A stretch of DNA of 64,000 bases from Octopus sinensis (lineage: Eukaryota): positions 199,826,001 through 199,890,000 of the forward strand of contig NC_042997.1 in assembly GCF_006345805.1 (NCBI RefSeq), given 5' to 3'. The translations under genes and the position numbers were made by a program. The notes beneath the pieces are model-generated. The model worked only from the letters and a program-made list of their open reading frames with translations, made no database searches and was not told the origin of the DNA. Below, piece after piece: positions 1-14,604 of the stretch; the first letter of the stretch is position 1; every line of letters begins with the position of its first letter.

Positions 1-680
1 TTAATCCTATAATATGCCTAACTCTGGTTTACTTTCAAAACCTACACCAAGCATTTTAGTCAATTTTTCTTCCTGAGAAATATAAATATTTCAGTATCTC
101 TCTTCTCTCCCCTAGTTTTCTTGCAAGCCATAGTTTTTTTTAAACAGATTCTATCCACTTATCTCTCTAATTCTTTAACACTATTAGTACAGAATTAACA
201 GCTCTACAACAGTACATTCGTAATAATCTTGATTCTGTTTCTTTTCTTTTCTTCTGTCAACCTCAATGCTTCCTAGGGCTCCCCTCTATTTCCTCTACAT
301 TCAGTAACTTCTAACATTAATTCACAGCCCTTTACTATGAGGCAAGTATAACCCTTTCATATTCTTTCCCATACCAGAGAATAAAAAAAAAAAAGGAAAG
401 AGGAATACTGGCATATTTTTAGCAAAATGAATTTTAAAATAAAAGAAATTAAATGAAATAAGCAGTTTAGAAGGTAACGATAGCTCAAACATTTTCAGGC
501 TGACTGATGAAACTGGGGCCATAACAGAAAAAAGTGATGAGAAATTACCAGACACTGGTGTACTGATGTGCTCCAGCATGGCCACAGCTCATTAGCTGAA
601 ACTGGAAAAATCAAAATCAAATCAATCATAGCAATTTCAATAATTCAACTGTACTAGTTACATAGCGTTTGTGTGTGTGC

Positions 681-1060
681 GCAGGAGTGCCTGTGTAGTA
701 AGTAGCTAGCTTACCAACTACATGGTTCCAGGTTCAGTCCCACTGTGTGACACCCTGGGTGAGTGTCTTCTGCTACAGCCTTGGGCTGACCAAAGCCTTG
801 TGAGTGAATTTGGTAGATGGAAACAGAAAAAAACCTGTCATATATATGTGTGTGTGTGCATTTGTGTTTGTCCCCCCACCATTGCTTGACAACCAATGTT
901 GGTGTGTTTATGTCCTCATAACTTAGTGGTTTGGCAAAAGAGACTGATACAATAAGTACTAGGCTTACAAAGAATAAATCCTGGGGTCAATTTGGTCAAC
1001 TAAAGGCGTTGCTCCAGCATGGACACAGTCAAATGACTGAAACAAATAAAAGGACAAAAG
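681..1060 (+). mobile_element. tRNA-headed SINE, family A (my label), near full length
   Basis: Head gcaggagtg-ctgtgt-gtaag with B-box-like ggttcagtcc, central (TA)/(TG) tract, tail ...ccagcatgg..cagtcaaatgactgaaac. The same sequence recurs at 28525, 38285, 58478 and elsewhere. Confidence 0.85.
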
Positions 1061-3495
1061 AAAAACAATAAAAGAATATACTGAGATTCTGAAAGTACCT
1101 AGCTTTCATTTCTATTCACTAAACAAGGTCTTCATAGAATGACCTTCAAACTAACCTAACTTCTAGTTGCATTTATTTAGGGTTCATCTGGTATCTGACT
1201 AACATGGCAGCAATCCTATGTTTTGGATTCTAAATAATGACAATGTAGAACTAAAGAATTGTGGAAACTTTGAGAAGCTGTTATTTACTTGCAAGTGACA
1301 ACTTTTATCATTAGAGTCAAGAGGCTATTTAGTATGATTTGGTCCAACGATGCCATCATTATCTTAGAATAATCTAAAATGTACAAGACCATTTAAATTA
1401 ATAACATTGTCTCAATGAGAGATATTTGTAAGAAGCTTTATTGAAATTTGTAATTGCATTTGCATCTGGCCTGCAATAAAACTTCCCATCAGCCTACACA
1501 CACAAGCTAATTTGCATAAATGCTATAGGTCAAAAATGAAACAAACTTTAGCATGTATGTACTAAAGTTACCATTATTAATACAAATTATTGATTAAAAG
1601 TGTATTAAGTGCAAAATTGTATAAGACTGAATTATTCTGTAAGTTTAACATCATTGATTTATCCAAAATAAAATGATTTCAAAAATCAACTTTGGGAAAT
1701 AGTTATTTCAGAATGCTGGCTTTATAGAGGAGATAAGATTTAAAATGGCTACAAAGAGAAGTTTCCAACCAAAACACTGCCTTTATAATATAACAGCATA
1801 CAAAAATACAGTTTTGTTGTTTCTCTTTCCTATACAAATTCATGCAGATACAGACAATCAGGTGCACACTAAATCCAGTCATTATCCTTGATTGTTAATG
1901 TAGTTTTTTACTTCTAAAATCTGGCTAATTTTAGAAATATATTTTGCTAAAGCAGCTCTGAAAACTCTTGTTCACATAATTTTCAAAAATTCTTTTCTGA
2001 TAAAGAGAATAGCTAATTAGTATTTAAATGTTTCTGCAATAAAGAAATCTTTCACACTAGTGAAGCTCATTAATTAAGGAGAAAAAATAAAGAGAAACAA
2101 CCATTAAAGTGAAGGGGGATTGAATGATTGCTACAACAACATAAAACAAGAGGTTAATTAGTAATTATCTTGTAATTTAAAAATAGTTAGCAGAAGTGTT
2201 TATTTCTAGTGCTTGAATCATTTGAAAGCATTAATAGTGTAAATCTTTTACCCATTGACTCAAATATCAGATGACAAAATAACATGGATTTGCAAATGGT
2301 TTTACAATTGTCATTATTAATGGTTATCTTCATAAGCAACATGGTGTGTCAGTTATATTTTAACAGAGTTTCATTTACATTAGGAGCCAGTAAAAGAATT
2401 ACATAGTCATGCAATCTGCCAATTGACTTTCAACTAACTCTTGACTAGAACAACTCACATTTCATGGGTCATTATATACATATATATAAGACGGAACTGC
2501 TGTAATTAAAATGCAACCTGACAAGGAAAAAGTTTTACTCAAGACCATCACACCAAATATCCTATGCTTTAAGACAAAATGAAAGCATGGCAAATCTGAT
2601 TTACTTCTAATAACACCTCAAACACTGAATAAGTCTAGAACAATCACTTAATAATAATTCTTTTAGAAAGGTACTAATATCATAAACTTCCATTTTCTGT
2701 ACTTTGAATCATGAAACACACAAATTAATTCTACTACAGATAACTTACAGTACTTCTAATGTTAAGGTGATAGCCTATCCCATAGTCGCTAGTTTAAATC
2801 TTACTACAGTCACTTAGGATTGTCTCTGCTTAAGGTATTTAATTACTTCATGCATATCTACCGAAGTTACCTCCTAGTGGTACCCATCAGTACCTGATTC
2901 TGAGGATTTTCAGGTTCCTGTTACATCACACTATTGCAGCAGTGCCAATGGAGCTCTTCCTAATCTACATTATATAAACAAACCATTTGATCTGAGGAAA
3001 CTAGCACCGGTCTGCATTGGCACTTACTATAAAAGGCTCAAAAGCAGAATAAATATGCTTGTTATGATAGAGACATTTTAGAATAACAATGACTTAGTTG
3101 CTGCCACATTTAATAACAGACTCCTATGCAGACAATATTAATCTTCACTCTTTATCGGTCTGGACGGGACTAAAAGAAACTATATCTAAATTCATGTGAG
3201 GAAGTGTTAAAACCAAACACTTGGAGGATAAGACACAGTGTAGCATGAAAAGAGGAAAGGTGGTTGTATTGGGTGGTATATTGCATACAAATTCAAAAAG
3301 TGGTGGTGGCAGTAGTAAATTATTAGTGAGCATCAATCTCTCTGGTCACAGCAGACCAATCTTTTTGGATCATGTCCCTCCCAACACACTCAAACTACTC
3401 TCCAGAGATGTTCAAGAGTTTGATAACGATGAACGATCCCACAAGAATATATCCTAACACACACACACAAACAAACACACTACAGTGTATACCCA

Positions 3496-3724
3496 TTTCT
3501 TTATTACCCACAAGGGGCTAAACATAGAAGGGACAAACAAGGACAGACATAATTATTAAGTCGATTACATCGACCCCAGTGAGTAACTGGTACTTAATTT
3601 ATCGACACCGAAAGGATGAAAGGTAAAGTCGACCTCGGCGGAATTTGAACTCACAACGTAACGGCAGACGAAATACCGCCAAGCATTTCGCCCGACATGC
3701 TAACGTTTCTGCCAGCTCGCCGCC
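3496..3724 (-). mobile_element. tRNA-headed SINE, family B (my label), full length
   Basis: Minus strand starts ggcggcgagctggcagaaacgttagc, has B-box-like gagttcaaattcc and core cctttcatcctttcgg..tcgataaattaagtacc. Recurs at 4784, 19235, 30435, 55860, 60935. Confidence 0.85.
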
Positions 3725-3954
3725 TTTGTGTATACCACTGACCAAAAGGGCAACTGCTCTGACTGTGTTAACCATCAGTATCACTTGCCATATCCTGATT
3801 GATGTTAACAGTCATAAGCAACAGCTTCATTACTGAAGTCTCTTTCTCATCCACTGTCATGATTGGTTCAGTTTCCATTGTACCAAATTTACAGTAGATT
3901 AACTCTTCTACTCTGGCAAAGGCATAGTTAAGTTAAGAACTACTCTTCTTAATC

Positions 3955-4070
3955 ACATGGTTATTGGTTCAACAACCATGTGATTATGTATGGCACATTA
4001 GTCAAACACCTTCTATATCCCCGAACTGACCAAAGTCTTGTGGGTGGATTTGGTAGATGGAAACAAATTG
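3955..4070 (+). mobile_element. Decayed family A SINE fragment
   Basis: ctgaccaaagtcttgtgggtggatttggtagatggaaac matches the family A core. Confidence 0.55.
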
Positions 4071-4783
4071 AAATGTAAAAGATGGAACTAAAATATACAG
4101 AGCTTTAAATTATAGCAAAAACAAGTTTTCTTAATTTATGATTATCTCAAGGGTTGAACTACGTATATATTTACAGAGAGAGAGAGAACTACTGCCAAAA
4201 AATATTTTAACACTGATAAAGTTGGTGACCTAAAAAAAGCTACCACATCAGGATGATGTGGTGTTGCTGCTTAATATACTTATGCAGCATATAATAGAAG
4301 ATCACTGCATCATTTGGCAAAGAGTCAATCATTAACATGGTAGAATTCTTCTCAAAGATACTGCTTCTACACCCTACTTTTATCACTGTTATAATAACCT
4401 TTGTTCATTTTGCAACTTTCTAAATTGACATCCACCATTAACAAAGCCTAATGGACACACTTCTTCTTGCATCTCATCTACTCTGTTTCAGTTTCCAGGG
4501 TCAACACTAAACAAACTCTTTAATATTTCTTCTCCAGAACTGGTATCTTTTGGAATGACCACACTCGCAACATTTTCAGCAGTTATCAATTACACCACGT
4601 CGATGTCACCAGTTTGGCATGAGATAAAATCCAGAGCCTTGTCAATCATCTCTTTGACTAACAAATAAAAAAACTAAGATGGATGGCCATTTTGAAGGAA
4701 TATGTTTGTGCATATGGTAATAATACCTTTGAAATTTGAAAATGGTTCTATAATTTGAGGTAAATGGTCAGTTAGTAATTTCT

Positions 4784-5010
4784 TATTTTTTTATTGCCCA
4801 CAAGGGGCTAAACATAGAAGGGACAAACAAGGACAGACAAACAGATTAAGTTGATTACATCAACCCAGTGCGTAATTGGTACTTAATTTATTGACCCCCA
4901 AAAGGATGAAAGGCAAAGTCGACCTCAACGGAATTTGAACTCAGAACATAAAGGCAGACGATATACTGCTAAGCATTTCGCCCGGTGTGCTAACGTGTGC
5001 CAACGTGTGC
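4784..5010 (-). mobile_element. Family B SINE, slightly 5'-truncated, with 15-bp target-site duplication
   Basis: Family B body. Direct repeat cagttagtaatttct at 4769-4783 and 5011-5025. Confidence 0.85.
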
Positions 5011-6435
5011 CAGTTAGTAATTTCTGGCTCAGAATAAGAAGCCTTTATTTAATGAAGGTGGATATTTTCTATAAAGATTGTTAGACATGTGTGAACAATA
5101 TGATGGTCTTGGTTGTTGATGAAAAAAGAGAAATATCAAAAAGATATTTCCTTGGCTTATGCAGATTGGTGCTGTTGAATTGGTTGTTTTATGCATATTG
5201 GTGTAATAAGTATAAATAAAGGTCTAGAAAATTGTTGCAACAATTGCAAAAAATAAATCTGAAATAATTTTGTTTTCAAGTTGGCTATTTTAAAAAAAGT
5301 ATCTATCTCAATGGCACCAACATTACTAGTTCTGTATAAAATATATGATACTCAGTCAAATCATAAATGATTTATACATTGAAAAGTATTAAATTCTCTG
5401 GTAAATTTAATTTTATCATATTGATGTGACATTGCTTTAAACATTTATTTCTACCATTGAGCAAAGAATATGCTGTTTAAAGTTAAAACAATCATCAATT
5501 TTAATATTATTAGAAATTTTAAGTACAAATCAAATTTCAGAAAAACTGAAAAATAAGTCTCCTTGCTAACATTTTAAATTATTTACATTTTTTAAATTTG
5601 AATTACTGTACTTATTTCTCCCTTTGCACTGGGAAATATGACATTATTCTTAGACTTTATGTCAACAAATTTTACATAAAATATATTTCATGGACTGTTG
5701 TTATTATCATTACTATATTAATACTCAAATTGCTTCCAGTAATATCAAAAGGTTAATCAAATATTAACATAGATCAGTTCACATCACTACCTTATCATAT
5801 ATTCCCAATATTTACTATATAAGGAAGACAGGAGACTGAAACTACATATTTCAGAACTTGTAATAAATTAAGTTAAGCTTGTTTTTATATATTTCCATTT
5901 TTCTTTCTAAATTTTAGAAGTTAGCATTTGGACACTATTTCTAAGATGACTCTAAAAGTAGTTCACTATATTTAGAGGAAGCAGCATCCGAAACTTCTGT
6001 TGTAGAATGATCATTATTTTTATGCTTTCCAATAGTTTAGTAATAATTGACTCAAAAATGCATTCGAGCACACACACACACACTTTGTACACACACATAC
6101 ACTGAAAAATACTACTCATGCATAAACATCACCAAAATTATGTAATACTTTTTCTGAGGATCATTTTTTTTTTTCATTTTTTTTTTGCCTTATCGAATTT
6201 TTAACGTAGGTTCTCATTTTTCAAGAAATAATCCAATTTTCAAAGAAATAATGTGAAGACATGGAGTCTCTGAATTGTAGTTTAGAGTTTAAGTTGAATT
6301 ATTTATTTATCTCCACACTGAAGCACTTTCAGTAATAGTAGGATCATCCTTAATATAAATAGAACGTTTAAAAATGGATCATTCCGCTTCATACATTTCT
6401 CTCCCCCAAAATATAATAAATGGAATAAACATGCA

Positions 6436-6438
<3 letters not shown>

Positions 6439-6487
<49 letters not shown>
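6439..6487. repeat. (TA)n microsatellite, representative of many (also ~10035, 11783, 14561, 25284, 26611, 27030, 28713, 39820, 63752)
   Basis: Direct reading of the sequence. Confidence 0.95.
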
Positions 6488-6502
<15 letters not shown>

Positions 6503-7799
6503 ACACATACATATGCATACATGTTCTCATACTCAAAATAAATATTCTTACACATAGAAAATCAATTATGTTAATCCTATTCACAGAGGAAAGAAAATAT
6601 TTATGATACCAGTTCTACTCTAACTCAAGTAGAAACATACAGATACATTTGCTTTCAAATTTTAATACATGCACAAATACATCAGCATTCACATATGTAT
6701 GTTTTCCAATATGTATATCACCAGATATGTAAACTTTATGAATATTTAACAATAGAGTGAAGCATATTTTCATGAAATACTGAAATAACAAATGGAGAAT
6801 TAAAGTCTAGAATTTGGCATCAAGATTAATCTTCTTTATAATTTATTATAAAACACACAAGCGGATATAACATAGGGAGAAAAGAATGTGTGTGTGTGTG
6901 AATGAGACAGATAAATAGAGAGATTCAACAAGATTTTGTAAAATAGGCTTGAGCAGGAATGAAGCGAAAGAGATGGAAGGACAATGAATAATCTCAGAAA
7001 GGATAGAGGAGACAAATTTACTGTATTTGCTGGCATATAAGACAACCCTATTTTACAAGTATATTTTGTAGAAAAACACATTTAGTATGTTTCAGCATGC
7101 ACTCTGTAAAAAATATTTTTAAGTGATTTTTCTCTGGAAAATCTATGATGATCTGTACATGTAAATATACTGCTGTAACAGCATACTGGAATAAAATATG
7201 AAACCACAAATTTATCATAAATTACATTATGGGGCTACTGTATCTTAGATTTTTTTTTTTTTTCAGATAAACTGTATAGTTGTTTATATTTTGATCAGGA
7301 GAATTATCATACAGAATGAAAAACTTGTATTTCTGGCTGTGATATTTTATGTAACCATAATCAAATACCAAGGTAGCACACCACCACTATGATTTTGTTG
7401 TCATCTACTCATTACAAATAACTGACAGATGAATGAAAGTTTGACATTCATCTTTCTAGGAGAATTTTTCATTTAAAAAATAAAAGGTTTCTTAGAGGTA
7501 TCAGAGTTATCATATAATGTAAGACATATATAAGATGTAAGTTACATATTCTTAGAAAAGCAGTATAACGAGATGATGTGACCTCTGCACATAATTGCCA
7601 ATGAACTGTTAGCAATTTTTCCATTTGTTTGTGCTAAGAGATTTGGCTTGTTTTCAATATTTCATTTTAAGTAACAATTTTTATAGCTCTCTAGTCTGTG
7701 ACATTTGATCTACCATCCATAAAATAACCACATTAGACAGAGAAATTTTGGGTTACATTTAAGAGTCAAACAAGCATTAGAAGATAGCAAATATGAGAG

Positions 7800-8170
7800 G
7801 TCATCATCATCATTTAACACTTGTTTTCAATACTGGCATGGGTTGGAAGGTTTGACAGAAGCTGACAAGCTGGAGAGCTGCACCAGTTGTCCATTTTGGC
7901 ATGGTTTTTAAGGCTGGATTTCCTTCTTAACAGCAACCACTTCCCAGAGTGTACCAGGTGCTTTTAATGTTGTGCCAGCACAGGTGCTTTGTACATGGAA
8001 CCAACATGGGTGCTTTTCAAGCGACACCAACACAGGTGCTCCCTATGTTATCCCAACATGGGTGGTTTTTGCGTGGCACCATGATGAGTGCTTTATATGT
8101 GGCACCAGTACAGGTGCTATATATTTGATACCAGTATGGGTGTTTATACATAGCACAAGCTTTTTTTTGT
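7800..8170 (-). mobile_element. Family C short element (my label; (GAT)n tail, ggaagggcatcc-type motif, probably RTE-dependent) with internal ~30-bp tandem repeats
   Basis: catcatcatttaac...ctggcatgggttgga...ggctggat..ccttc.taa..gcaaccac recurs at 15315, 29730, 32578, 34005, 36705. RTE dependence is from recalled similarity of the motif to RTE-clade ends. Confidence 0.7.
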
Positions 8171-10074
8171 GGCATTAGTCACATATATGATCTGTTGAAA
8201 TATTAACCTTCAAACTGAAGATCTTGAGAAGATCATCTACTGATTAAACTAATGTGTTAGTGCTTGGTTATAGTATGGTGATGAAATGTGGTTTGAATGT
8301 ATCTTTTGACAATCATTAAATGCTCTGTAGGAGAACAGAACTTATTTACCTATTGTGGTTTTGAATATAAATTGGACCTTAAATACTTGCTTCAGAAGAT
8401 GCCCAATCTTAAAAAAGTTAGTAGATTGAATAGATGAGATTTCTAGTGAAGTGAATGGTTCATGTAGCAAGATTATCTATTTGCTATAAGTATAAAATTT
8501 AACATCATTTGGTTTTTATTGGAGAAGGAAGAGAAAGGCAGTACCAATGACCCTTTCAGTTCATCCAAAACTGATGAAGTTAATGCTGTTACTGTTGTAC
8601 TGATGGTTAGCTTGAACTGCTGCAGAGAGAGAGAGAGATTTCAGAGTGCTGGGAATTGTATGACTGCATAAATTATTTATTGCAGTGTTTTGGTGGGATT
8701 AAGTAAACATAAACACACAGTTTCAGAGGTTCAGATATTATTACAGAATTAAGGAAACAAAAGACATCTATGAGCCAGTAGTTGCGCCATGTGAGTGAGT
8801 GAATCTTAACCAAATAGTCTAACGGCATACATAGAAGAAACTTCCAAGATGAAATAATATAACTTCCAAGATGAAATAATATGTATCTGGAAGAACAGCA
8901 GAATCCCAGATACCATGCTTATTTGTATGTCCATGAATGACTTGTTTCTCCCAAAGCGTTCAATGTTAGATTTAATCCATTGTTTTAATGCCGCATCCTG
9001 GTACTTTTGATGTCTTTAGCAGGTCCTACTCTAAGTATTGGGCCTGGCCATTGAAGTTAAAGAATATTTACATGCTTACATATGTGTGCGAATGACAAGG
9101 AAGCTGCTCATATATATATCATCATCTTATAATGATTCTGCTTGTCATTGCATTACTTAGCGTGTTGGTAACACTTTCACATGATTAGAGAAAAGGGGGG
9201 TAAAGAAGAGAGAAAAAGAGGGAGAGAGAAGTGTCCATGATGTAAGGTAGAGGGAATGTAATTGTTATGCTTTCACATGATTAGTTGAAGGGAAAGAGAG
9301 GAGAAAGAAAAAGGAGGGAGGAAAAGAGGATGAGGTGAAAAGATAGAAAGAGGGAGAGAGAAGCATCCAAGATGTGAGGTAGGGAGAACATAATATTTAT
9401 TATGTGGTCAAAAAAGTTAGTTGAAGGTAGAGGAGGAAAGTTAAAAATATAATTTTAGCTGAGAGGTGATGTTCTGATGGTGAGGTTAAAGAAAGACAGA
9501 AAGAGAAGTGAGAAGAGAGAGGGGAGAGAGAGAGGAGAGAGAGAGAGAGAAATGATGATGATGATGGTGATGGTGATAGTGGTGGAGATGGAGGTGGTGG
9601 AGATGGAGGTGGTGGTCAGATAGTGAAAAGTGTATCTTTTTTTTTTAATTGAAGTTTTTTGTATCACCTATCACTTAATGCATGCGCCTAAGTGCAATTC
9701 CGTGAAATAGTCATGAAGATATACATGGCAGATATATGCAATTTAACTAAAAGTTGTACAGGATATTTTTTTTTTGTTTATGAGGAAAATGGAAAAATAA
9801 GAGTGAATGTTTATTTTATGAGTGCTGTGTATTAAGTCTATAAAATTGCATTAAGTATATAAAGTGTATATATAAAGTGCATTAAGCAATCATCGTATTC
9901 CAGTTTCTTTCACTTTTCAGTGAATAGCAGATGATCAACTTTCTTTCCATATAGACACAACACAGGCTACACTTTCAGTTTTTTGGGGGTTTTTGTGGAT
10001 AAAGTTTTCAGAAATAACCCAATAAGCTTTCCATATTATATATATATATATTATATATATATATATATATATAT

Positions 10075-10960
10075 GATTTTTGAGTTTCGAGAGATTTCAA
10101 GCCAGTTGCTAACAAAGTACCAAGACTTTTTGAGTTAAGAGTTTTCTCAGTGTTTGTAACCATGTGGTTGAATTGGTGTGTTTGTTGATCTGTTGATGCG
10201 CACACTCAAGTGTGTGCACCTATTCACCCAAAGAGTCTCAGATGAAGAATCTTTGAAATTGCTTACAAATCATCAATGTGCCACTAATAGATTGCATTTG
10301 GAGAATTCACGTTTCTTTTGCTCTAAATTTGTTGGTATATAACCTAATACACAAATGATGATAGGTACAAATGATACTTTGTAGTCAGGGTATACCAAGA
10401 GCTTTAAGTTCTGCATTAATTCACCATCAATGCTCTCTTTTGCCTGGACTTTTGATTGTACATTCACATCTGCTGGGCAGCTGACTTCTACAACAGCACA
10501 CATAACTTTTGTTCTTTCTCCCACAGAAAGAATATCAGGTCTGTCATGTTTGCATCAAAATGATGTTTTACTGGGATGTTTTACCAGTATTCCTGTTTTT
10601 AAAGGTGTGAACATCTACTGGTTCTGACATACCTTTGATGTATATGTCAGGGCAGTCCTTCCTTTGCAACTATATCATCCTTCAGGGGCAGGTAGTATCT
10701 CATAGACATTTTGGGGTAGCTGCTGATAATGTGGGCGATATCTTCCACATTATTGTAGCAGAGCCAATATTTTCTATCACAATATGTAGGTCTGGTGGTA
10801 TCTTCATCCCTCTTGCTTGTGAGGTATTTTCCCAGAGAGCAAAGGTGTATCCTTCTAGGTGGGATTTAATGTATCTACCGCAGGTCCAGGAGACGCTACT
10901 CTCCCTGTCAATGTTGTTGTTGCTCTCTAGCTTATGGGATATGTACCTGTGCATTGCCTT
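10075..10960 (-). mobile_element. 5'-truncated, frameshifted R4/Dong-like non-LTR retrotransposon (restriction-like endonuclease domain plus 3' UTR)
   Basis: Minus-strand fragments SHLEGYTFA, R-YYLPL.DDIVAK, HDRPDI and VVEVSCPADVN...YPDYKVSFVPIIICVLGYIP match the C-terminal RLE region of R4-clade ORFs. The 3' end abuts (TA)n at 10074. Confidence 0.75.
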
Positions 10961-10977
10961 TTTTTTTTTTTTTTTTC

Positions 10978-10979
<2 letters not shown>

Positions 10980-11028
<49 letters not shown>
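10980..11028. repeat. (GT)n microsatellite preceded by poly(T)
   Basis: Direct reading of the sequence. Confidence 0.95.
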
Positions 11029-11029
<1 letters not shown>

Positions 11030-11172
11030 ATGAGTCCAGTTCAATATTATCTTGATTGGAAATTAAGTGTATGAAGCTGTATGGGAACTATTTTAACTTA
11101 GAAGCACATCAATTAATGTGAGTATATTTTAGCAATTTTACATGTTAAAATAATTTAACTTTATATTTTATT

Positions 11173-11600
11173 TGAGGATGGCTGCTGGAAGACCCAATGT
11201 CTGGCAACAGGACTCTGCACCATGCCACACAAGCAGGAGAACCCAGTAATGGCTGTCAGACAATTTCTGTGATCACATCACACCTAACATCTGGCCATCT
11301 AACTCCCTAGACTACAACCCTTTTGATTATTATGTGTAGGGTGCATTTGAGCCAGAGCCCAACAAAACTCATTGTAACACCAAAGATGAACTGAAGGCAA
11401 GGGTTAATGGCAGCATTCACCAACGTAAACAAGGAGACAGTCCAGAAGAGTTGCAGAAGATTCCAAAGTTGTCAGGAGGCTGTGGTTGAAGCCAATGGCA
11501 ACTTCATTAAATGAATTTACTCTTTCGTATTTCAAGATATATTTATGTAGTTTTGGTAAATATATGTTAAAATGAGATGTCAGTGTTATTTTCGTGTGTG
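11173..11600 (+). mobile_element. 3' fragment of a DD37D (maT/Bmmar1-like) Tc1/mariner transposase, decayed
   Basis: 11181-11514 reads AAGRPNVWQQDSAPCHTSRRTQ*WLSDNFCDHITPNIWPSNSLDYNPFDYYV*GAFE... with 37 residues between the two Asp. It has stops and a frameshift and ends VEANGNFIK*. Confidence 0.8.
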
Positions 11601-11639
11601 CGTGTGCACGCGTGCGTGCGTGTGTGACAGTGACAGTGA

Positions 11640-11775
11640 CAGACGTCTTTCAATTTCTGTCTACCAAATCCATTCACACAGATTTGGTCAGCCTGAAGCT
11701 AGAGTAGAAGACACTTGCCCAAAACTATGTGGTTGGGAAGCAAGATTCTTACCATACAGCCACACCATCTCATAT
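11640..11775 (-). mobile_element. Family A SINE 5' half
   Basis: tttcaatttctgtctaccaaatccattcacac...agaagacacttgccc is the reverse complement of the family A head/core. Confidence 0.7.
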
Positions 11776-11776
11776 G

Positions 11777-11826
<50 letters not shown>

Positions 11827-14344
11827 GTAGATTTAACTACATATTTAAGGAAGCAATACACCAACTGAAACTTATCACAGTAAATAGAGCAATCCTCTGA
11901 ATACTATCATTATAACAATATTAACAACATTTACAATTGTAAAACTGCACTTACTATCTTCAGATTATTTTCTTTTATATTTTAACATTTTAAAATGACA
12001 TTTTCTATTAAAGGGATTCTAGAGTAGTTTTCTTATATTCAACAAGATGACAATGATTTTTTTCTATCTCAATAAATTTATTTGATTCGAGATTATTTTC
12101 CATCAAGTTTCCAAACTTCTTTCTTTTAACATTAACCATTACATGCAAACATGCAAAATGGATGTAAAATGACTATGATGATTCTAGAAGTTTGTTATAA
12201 ATGTTAAAAGATAGGATATGATTTCTAACATATGTGCCTTCTCAATTATGTATATTTACAAATAGAATTATGTGTGCCTATGTGTGTAAATAAGTGCATG
12301 CACACTAAATACTTAAAATAAACCTGAAAATAAAGTGCATTCAAAATTATTCACTGTATTAGATAGGGTGTATTAGGATGAGGACGTATATGCACATGGA
12401 TGTTTAAGTACACTGAACCAACACTCCATACCAAATGAGGTTGAATTAAGAAACTTGAAAGAATTCATAAACTAAAACCAACCTCATGCAATTAATTTGA
12501 AAATCCAAATTATAAAGCAAATCTTCTATAAAGCTCTGTTTTTCTAATGATACAGCCTTCAGCAAATTCACTTTCATACTGCATATTTTATGAAGTAAAT
12601 ACAGTAAACTGACATAAGCACAAGGCCGCAAGTGGAAGTATATAGTCAATTATACCAACTTCAGTATTAGGCTGGTACTTTAATTTATTAATTTCAGTAG
12701 GCTGTTCAACTAAGTCAGCCTCATCAGGTACCAACTTTAAAATCGCAAATACATTGTGAAATGAAACAGACTGTCATTGAATATCTTGCAATATCGTGTT
12801 AGCACACTAATTCATAAACTAAATAGAACATTTTGGAAATGGCTTGGCTTATTGCAATAGCATACTTTAATATATTTGATGTCTGTTAGTATAGCAACTG
12901 ATGTATAATTTCTGAAATCTAACAGTAGTAATATCAATGGAATTGCTTCACATAATTAAATTCTTAAAAGGAATATGTTTGTAGCTAGTTTACTATGAAG
13001 ATAACAATAGAAATAAAGGTAGCATTACTACACAGGCAATATGTTGCAAACTTATCTACAAATAATATAATTGGATTATACACAAAATTCTTCAAAATTT
13101 ATCTTCCTACATTTTAAAACCTTTATCAATTCATTTCTACAATTTTATCTTTCCTCAAATAACTAATAATGGTCTTTTTTCTGCTTTATTCCCATTTAAA
13201 ATACACTCCCATTTCTGTATCTCTTATTCTCATATCTGGCTCTAAATTCTAGCAATAAATTTGGCAACACAGTAGTTGACAAAAATGTTTATCAATTTTC
13301 TTCTGTCAACTTTATGGTGTATACATCACTGATTTCTCTTGTTTTATACTCTACAGGACATTTTATCTGGAAAATATTTCATTTATATATAGTTTTAATC
13401 AAAATTGGTTCTTTTTCTTTATTTTCTAGATTCAACTCCTGGAGTGAACATGTAAGATATAACAACTGAAAGATTTCAATTTGAACCGACTAAACTGCAG
13501 TGTGAATGTTTTTCAATCTGAACAATACACAGTCTTATTTAATTCATATACTTTAAGATGTGTTACATAACTTTAAACTTATTACTAAATGTTCACTATT
13601 GAGTAATTTATACCTGATGTCAACAAATTTATAAGCAACCCAACACAACTGTTTATGTAGTTCCAGTTACATCAAGGCTTTAATAAGATTCACTTTGATG
13701 GAAAATGTGATGCTGCTTTCCTTGTCAAATCTGTGTTTTTTCTAAAGATTGTATCAAAAAAATTACTTTCATGGATGAGTGGAATGACTGATTGATCAAT
13801 AAATACACAGATATACAAGTAAGTATTCAAATGAAGAATTATCAAAACAGATGTTCAGAAAAGTCTATAAACCCATACACGAAAAGGTCAGTTGTGTTCG
13901 GATTTGACAGGCGGGAATAAATAGAAATCTCTGTCAAAGCAATTGGAGTGTCAATCAAAAATTGTATTCAGCCTGACAAAGTATCCTTGGAGGTTTACAC
14001 AGAAAATACACCAAAAAATTTGAGCACCACATAAAAAGTATATTATTAAATTAATGATTCAGCCTTTGGAACCGCTTTCAAAGAATACAATTCAAACCAT
14101 GCAAATATACTTTGTATATACATCAAAGTATATACTGCCAAATCCACTCACACTTTGAACAACTAGTTGCCTGCTCATTGTACTCATCCCTGCATACAAA
14201 TGAGTTCAAATATATTACTGGTTTAGAGAAAATATTGAATGCCCAAAACCTTTTTCAACTTAAGTCATATTACAGAAAAAACTGCATAGCAGCTCTCTAA
14301 CTCCATAGATTAACCACAGGAATTGTCCTAAAAATGAAGCTTCC

Positions 14345-14557
14345 AGTTATTATCTTTTATCTTTCACTTCTTTCAGTCATTAAACTGTGGCCATGCTGGG
14401 GCACTGCTTTGAAGGATTTTTGTTGAATTTATCGACCCCAGTTCTTATTTATTTTCTATTTTATCAGCCTCTTTTGACAAGCAGTGTTAGTGTGTTTATG
14501 GGGATGTAAACACACCACCAATGGTTGTCAAGTGGTGGTGGGGGACAAACACAAACA

Positions 14558-14604
<47 letters not shown>

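Noticed and set aside
3145-3457. Overlapping ORFs and a possible minus-strand terminal exon (GYILVGSFIVIKLLNISGE*)
   Set aside because: No recognisable homology and no partner exons.
4400-4660. Protein-like reading with stops (KEMIDKALDFISC...)
   Set aside because: Both strands give similarly plausible frames and no family motif.
8880-9010. Minus-strand AALKQWIKSNIERFG resembling the carboxylesterase ALxWVxxNIxxFGG motif
   Set aside because: Extra residue in the motif, no upstream GLxDQ and no downstream GxSAG. Too short to support.
13410-13460. Strong plus-strand acceptor followed by DSTPGVNM* or a 22-nt microexon
   Set aside because: Isolated splice-like signals are common in AT-rich DNA, and no gene model links them.
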